Source of the DNA: an uncultured Gemmatimonadota bacterium
GTDB taxonomy: Bacteria; JAAXHH01
NCBI GenBank assembly: GCA_951812955.1
Contig: OX638340.1
Coordinates: forward strand, 1,408,001-1,472,000
Direction of reading: 5' to 3'
Length of the DNA stretch: 64,000 nt
Shown here: positions 59,894-64,000 of the stretch, in pieces
Position numbering within the stretch: the first letter of the stretch is position 1
Layout of the letters: every line of letters begins with the position of its first letter
Translations under genes and position numbers: made by a program
The notes under the pieces: generated by a model
What the model saw: only the letters and a program-made list of their open reading frames with translations
What the model was told of the DNA's origin: nothing
Databases searched by the model: none

Positions 59894-60754
59894 ATGGTTA
59901 TTAAGACCGGAGTTTTCATGCCCCTGAGCGCCATACGAGAAGGAGAGCGGTTCACCGACAAGGAAACCGAACGTATCCTCCGTTGCTTTCAGCGTGATGG
60001 ATACTACGCCTTCGGCAGGTTGCTGGAAGACGAGGAATTGGAAGCCCTGCGCTCCGATATGCAGCGCAAGTGGGACGACCCCCGCATGCACGAACCGGCG
60101 CGGGACCAGATCCGCGGGCACAGCCTGATGCGCATGTTCGAGTACTCCTACGCCTTTCGCGACCTGATCGTCCGCGAACCCTTCGCCAGCCTGGCGGAAG
60201 CAATACTCGGCGACGACTGTCACTGCATGTCCCAGAACGCGCTGTACACGCCGCCCAATCCCAAGGCCGTCGAGGACGGTCCCGGGGGATGGCACCTGGA
60301 CGACCTGGTCCATTTTCCGCTGCCCGATGGCGTGCCGCGTCACGACCCCGCCGTGCCCCCGCCCTGTTTCGTCATGCAGGTCTTCACGCCGCTGACCGAC
60401 GTGGAAGCGGTTCGATACGGTCCGACCCAGGTCGTTCCCGGCAGCCATTTCGCGGGACGCCAGCCGCACCTTCCGCATGAACAGGATCGTCCGGAATTCG
60501 AAGGCAGGGGCCCCCACTCCTTCCTCGTCCGGAAGGGCGACGCCTACATGTTCAATAACCAGGTCTGGCACCGTGGAGCGCCGAACGCATCCGACCGTAC
60601 CCGGCTCATGGCCGGCGTCACGTACAGCAAGCGGTTCGTCTCCCAGAAATTCCATCCCTTCATCGACTACCGCATGCCCGGCCACGTGTGGGCCGAAGCT
60701 TCGCCCCGCCTGCAGCGCATGCTGGGTCGGCACAGCAAAGGAGCCTACGGCTGA
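59894..60754 (+). CDS. phytanoyl-CoA dioxygenase (PhyH) family Fe(II)/2-oxoglutarate oxygenase
   Basis: HLDD...H pattern and overall PhyH-like sequence (WHLDDLVHFPLPDG; QVWHRGAPN). Confidence 0.65.
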   Translation: MVIKTGVFMPLSAIREGERFTDKETERILRCFQRDGYYAFGRLLEDEELEALRSDMQRKWDDPRMHEPARDQIRGHSLMRMFEYSYAFRDLIVREPFASLAEAILGDDCHCMSQNALYTPPNPKAVEDGPGGWHLDDLVHFPLPDGVPRHDPAVPPPCFVMQVFTPLTDVEAVRYGPTQVVPGSHFAGRQPHLPHEQDRPEFEGRGPHSFLVRKGDAYMFNNQVWHRGAPNASDRTRLMAGVTYSKRFVSQKFHPFIDYRMPGHVWAEASPRLQRMLGRHSKGAYG

Positions 60755-61518
60755 TGGCTGACGAGTCAACGCAGTCCGATGAGTTCGCGGGGCGCACCGC
60801 CCTGGTAACCGGCGGTTCCCGTGGAATCGGGCGATCCACGTGCGTCATGCTGGCGAAACACGGTGCCCGGGTGGCGATCAACTACACGCGCGACGAGGAA
60901 GCGGCAAAAACGGCCCTCGGCATGGTGGAGGAAACCGGCGCCGAAGGCATGATCGTCAGGGCGGACGTATCATCCGAAGGCGATGTGAACCGCATGGCTA
61001 CGGAAGTGCGATCGCGCCTGGGACCCGTCGACCTTCTGGTCAACAACGCGGGTATCGCGAAAAACCAGTCCCACGCGGAGCTCGCCTTCGCGGACTGGAA
61101 ACGCATGTTCGAGGTGAACGTGGACGGGGTGTTCCTGGCGACCTGGGCGGTGAAGGACGAGATGATCGCCCGTGGATTCGGACGCATCGTCAACGTGGCC
61201 TCGCTCGCCGGCATCATACTGAAGAAAGACATGATCCACTACGCCACCACCAAGGCGGCGGTCATTTCCATGACGCGGCACTGCGCGGAAGCCTTCGCGC
61301 CCCACAACGTCCGGGTGAACTGCGTGGCCCCCGGGCTGACCGATACCGACCTGGCCGGATCAGGCAACCCGGGTATGATCGACCGGCTCATCGCCTCCAC
61401 CCCCATGGGCCGCATGGCCCTGCCCGGAGAGATGGCTTCGGTGATCCGTTTTCTGCTCTCGGAGGATTCCAGCTTCGTGACCGGCCAGACGGTCGTGGCT
61501 TGCGGCGGCCGAAGCTGA
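60754..61518 (+). CDS. SDR family oxidoreductase (FabG-like)
   Basis: TGGSRGIGRS glycine motif, NNAG, YATTKAA catalytic motif. ATG 60754 overlaps the PhyH stop. Confidence 0.8.
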   Translation: MADESTQSDEFAGRTALVTGGSRGIGRSTCVMLAKHGARVAINYTRDEEAAKTALGMVEETGAEGMIVRADVSSEGDVNRMATEVRSRLGPVDLLVNNAGIAKNQSHAELAFADWKRMFEVNVDGVFLATWAVKDEMIARGFGRIVNVASLAGIILKKDMIHYATTKAAVISMTRHCAEAFAPHNVRVNCVAPGLTDTDLAGSGNPGMIDRLIASTPMGRMALPGEMASVIRFLLSEDSSFVTGQTVVACGGRS

Positions 61519-61563
61519 ACGGTCCGTAACCTGAAACCGAGACGGCCGGAGCTTAAGCCCTTC

Positions 61564-63531
61564 CTACCGATTTTCGATCAGCTGGTCCACCACGGCCGGG
61601 TCCGCCAGCGTCGTCGTATCGCCGATCTGGTCCAGTTCGTTGGTGGCGATCTTCCGCAGGATGCGGCGCATGATCTTTCCGGAGCGCGTCTTCGGCAGGG
61701 CCGGAGCCCAGTGGATCACGTCGGGCGTGGCGATGGGACCGATGATGGAGCGCACCTGTTTCTTCAGGTCGCCGCGCAGGTCTTCTGAGTATTCCTCGCC
61801 CACGTTAAGCGTCACGTAGGCATATATCCCCTGCCCCTTGATCTCGTGAGGGAACCCCACGACAGCCGCTTCGGCCACCGATCCGTGGGCCACCAGGGCA
61901 CTTTCCACCTCGGCGGTACCCATACGGTGGCCCGACACGTTGATGACGTCGTCCACCCGCCCCGTGATCCAGTAGTAACCGTCCTCGTCCCGCCGGCAGC
62001 CGTCCCCGGTGAAGTAATACCCCTTGTACTGTTGGAAATAGGTGTCCTCGAACCGCTGGTGGTCCCCGTATATTGTGCGCATCTGCCCGGGCCAGGGTTC
62101 CTTGATAGCCAGCACGCCCATGATCCCGTTGCCCTCCAGTTCCCTGCCGCTCTCGCCGTCGAGCAGCACGGGTTTCACCCCGAAGAAGGGCAGGGTCGCC
62201 GAACCCGGTTTGGTGGGTATGGCGCCCGGCAGCGGGGAGATCATGATCCCGCCGGTCTCCGTCTGCCACCAGGTGTCCACGATCGGGCATCGCTCCTTGC
62301 CCACGTTCACGTGGTACCATCGCCAGGCCTCGGGATTGATCGGCTCGCCCACCGTGCCCAGGAGCTTCAGGGTGGGCATGGGATGCCGGGCGGGCCATAC
62401 CTCGCCCTCCCTGGCCAGTGCTCGGATGGCGGTCGGCGCCGTGTAGAACTGGTGGACGCCGTACTTTTCGATGATCTCCCAGCAACGATCCGGCGCAGGG
62501 TAGGTCGGAATGCCTTCGAACATGATCGTCGTGGCCCCGTTGCCCAGGGGACCGTAGATGATATAGGAATGCCCCGTAACCCAGCCGATGTCCGCCCCGC
62601 AGAAGTAGATGTCGCCGTCATGATAATCGAACACGTAGCGGTGGGTGATCCCGGTGTAGACCATGTACCCGCCGACGGCGTGCTGCACGCCCTTCGGCTT
62701 GCCCGTGGACCCGGAGGTGTAAAGGATGAACAGGGGGGCCTCCGCGTCCATTTCCTCGCAGGGACAGTCTGCATCGGCATCGGCCATCTGTTCATGCCAC
62801 CAGAAATCCCGGCCTTCCCGCATGGGAAACTGAAAGTCGGGATCGTCCTTGACCCGGTCGACCACGATGCAGGTGGTGACCGGCTCCCCCATCTCCTTCT
62901 CCGCCGAGGCCATGGCTTCGTCGGCTACCGGCTTCATGAAGACCGGCTTGTCGCCGCGATGGGTCCCGTTGGTCGTGATGACGGTCCTGCAGGTCGAATC
63001 CACGATGCGATCCGATAGCGAGTCGGCCGAGAACCCGCCGAACACGATGGAATGGACCGCGCCGATGCGGGCGCAGGCCAGCATGGCGACCGCCAATTCG
63101 GGGATCATGGGCAAGTAGATGGATACCCGGTCGCCCTTCCCTACGCCCCGCTTTCTAAGCACGTTGGCAAACTTGCAGACCTGCTCGTGCAGTTCACGGT
63201 AGGTGAGCCGGGCGTCCTCGCCCGGTTCGTTTCCTTCCCAGATGATGGCCGTCTGGTCGCCCCGCGTCTCGAGATGGCGGTCGATGCAGTTGTACACGAT
63301 ATTCGTCCTGCCGCCTTCGAACCATTTGATGGATACGGGTCCCTTCCTGATATCGTAGTTGTACGACCTGATGCGGTCCCATTTCCTGAACCAGTGGAAC
63401 GATTCCGCCTGCTCGGCCCAGAAAGCCTCGGGGTCTGCGGCGGACCGTTCATACTCCCGCCGGTACTCCTCCAGGCTCTTCAGATGCGCTTTTTCGCGAA
63501 AGGATTCATTGGGCTGATACATGTCGGCCAT
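61564..63531 (-). CDS. acs: acetyl-CoA synthetase
   Basis: AMP-binding motifs ([21 protein letters not shown]). 655 aa. Confidence 0.9.
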   Translation of the reverse strand: MADMYQPNESFREKAHLKSLEEYRREYERSAADPEAFWAEQAESFHWFRKWDRIRSYNYDIRKGPVSIKWFEGGRTNIVYNCIDRHLETRGDQTAIIWEGNEPGEDARLTYRELHEQVCKFANVLRKRGVGKGDRVSIYLPMIPELAVAMLACARIGAVHSIVFGGFSADSLSDRIVDSTCRTVITTNGTHRGDKPVFMKPVADEAMASAEKEMGEPVTTCIVVDRVKDDPDFQFPMREGRDFWWHEQMADADADCPCEEMDAEAPLFILYTSGSTGKPKGVQHAVGGYMVYTGITHRYVFDYHDGDIYFCGADIGWVTGHSYIIYGPLGNGATTIMFEGIPTYPAPDRCWEIIEKYGVHQFYTAPTAIRALAREGEVWPARHPMPTLKLLGTVGEPINPEAWRWYHVNVGKERCPIVDTWWQTETGGIMISPLPGAIPTKPGSATLPFFGVKPVLLDGESGRELEGNGIMGVLAIKEPWPGQMRTIYGDHQRFEDTYFQQYKGYYFTGDGCRRDEDGYYWITGRVDDVINVSGHRMGTAEVESALVAHGSVAEAAVVGFPHEIKGQGIYAYVTLNVGEEYSEDLRGDLKKQVRSIIGPIATPDVIHWAPALPKTRSGKIMRRILRKIATNELDQIGDTTTLADPAVVDQLIENR

Positions 63532-63654
63532 GTTCGGTCTCCGGTCTGCGGGTTATGCCTATGGGTTATGCCTTGCGCAACTGTTGTCGAAAAAGCTCCG
63601 GTTTCCCGGTTCGTCTGATACGGGCCGGATCCGCGTCTTCGAATCAGATGCGGT

Positions 63655-64000
63655 TCACCGCGCCACATCCACTTCGACACGGTCCCCGGGCGCCACGCCC
63701 AGGATTTGGGCCGCGTTGCCGCCGTTGACAGCGATTTCGAGCAGTCCCGCGCTGTCCAGGATCGCCATGGCCGCGCCTTCGGCAGCCTCGTCGTAGGATG
63801 CGCTGACCCGGTCCAGCGTGAGGTTAGACAACGTGATCCTGAACCGCTTCTCCCGGGTCGTCTCCAGGAAGAGGCTATCTTCGATATCCGTTATTATATT
63901 GCCATAGTGGTCTATATGCAATACGTGACCCACGATCCCGCCTTCGCGAACCGTTGGGCCGGTTATGGACCCGCCGTGGAAATCGTCGATTTCGGGGCCG
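63655..64000 (-). CDS. partial (C-terminal part; N-terminus off window) SAM hydroxide adenosyltransferase-like (DUF62) protein
   Basis: C-terminal beta domain HIDHYGNIITDI... Partial. Confidence 0.4.
   Translation of the reverse strand, partial: GPEIDDFHGGSITGPTVREGGIVGHVLHIDHYGNIITDIEDSLFLETTREKRFRITLSNLTLDRVSASYDEAAEGAAMAILDSAGLLEIAVNGGNAAQILGVAPGDRVEVDVAR

Overview
High-GC (~65-68%) bacterial chromosomal segment with dense housekeeping content. The C-terminal T9SS-type sorting domain on a secreted subtilase suggests an FCB-group-like lineage. Recognisable content, in order: a Rieske/cytochrome b/pentaheme cytochrome c operon, a large PIG-L/LmbE deacetylase, ilvE, formamidase, two tandem sigma-54 (NtrC-type) response regulators, trxA, ftsY, a DegT aminotransferase, XdhC, a JAMM/MPN protein, mrp, erpA, purQ/purL/purS-like, a sigma-70 factor, secA, a LolD/FtsX-type ABC pair next to a PqqD-like protein, recN, nadK, polyprenyl synthase, xseAB, rny, zapA/zapB, the thrS-infC-rpmI-rplT-pheST block (infC on an ATT start), a ChlI-like AAA+ ATPase, PBP1A, tRNA-Gly/tRNA-Cys, and acs. 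The outstanding anomaly is a ~2.7 kb island of ~35-38% GC (14250-16925) inserted between trxA and ftsY. It carries an ~850 bp non-coding AT-rich leader and three small co-directional ORFs that all share a related winged-helix-like module. No integrase or transposase is present. This is the best candidate for an uncharacterised, horizontally acquired (possibly defense or addiction-type) system. Secondary oddities: several intergenic tandem repeat arrays, a low-GC patch downstream of the tRNA pair, and a PqqD-like RRE protein with no visible RiPP partner. The many long antisense ORFs in the track are high-GC artefacts.
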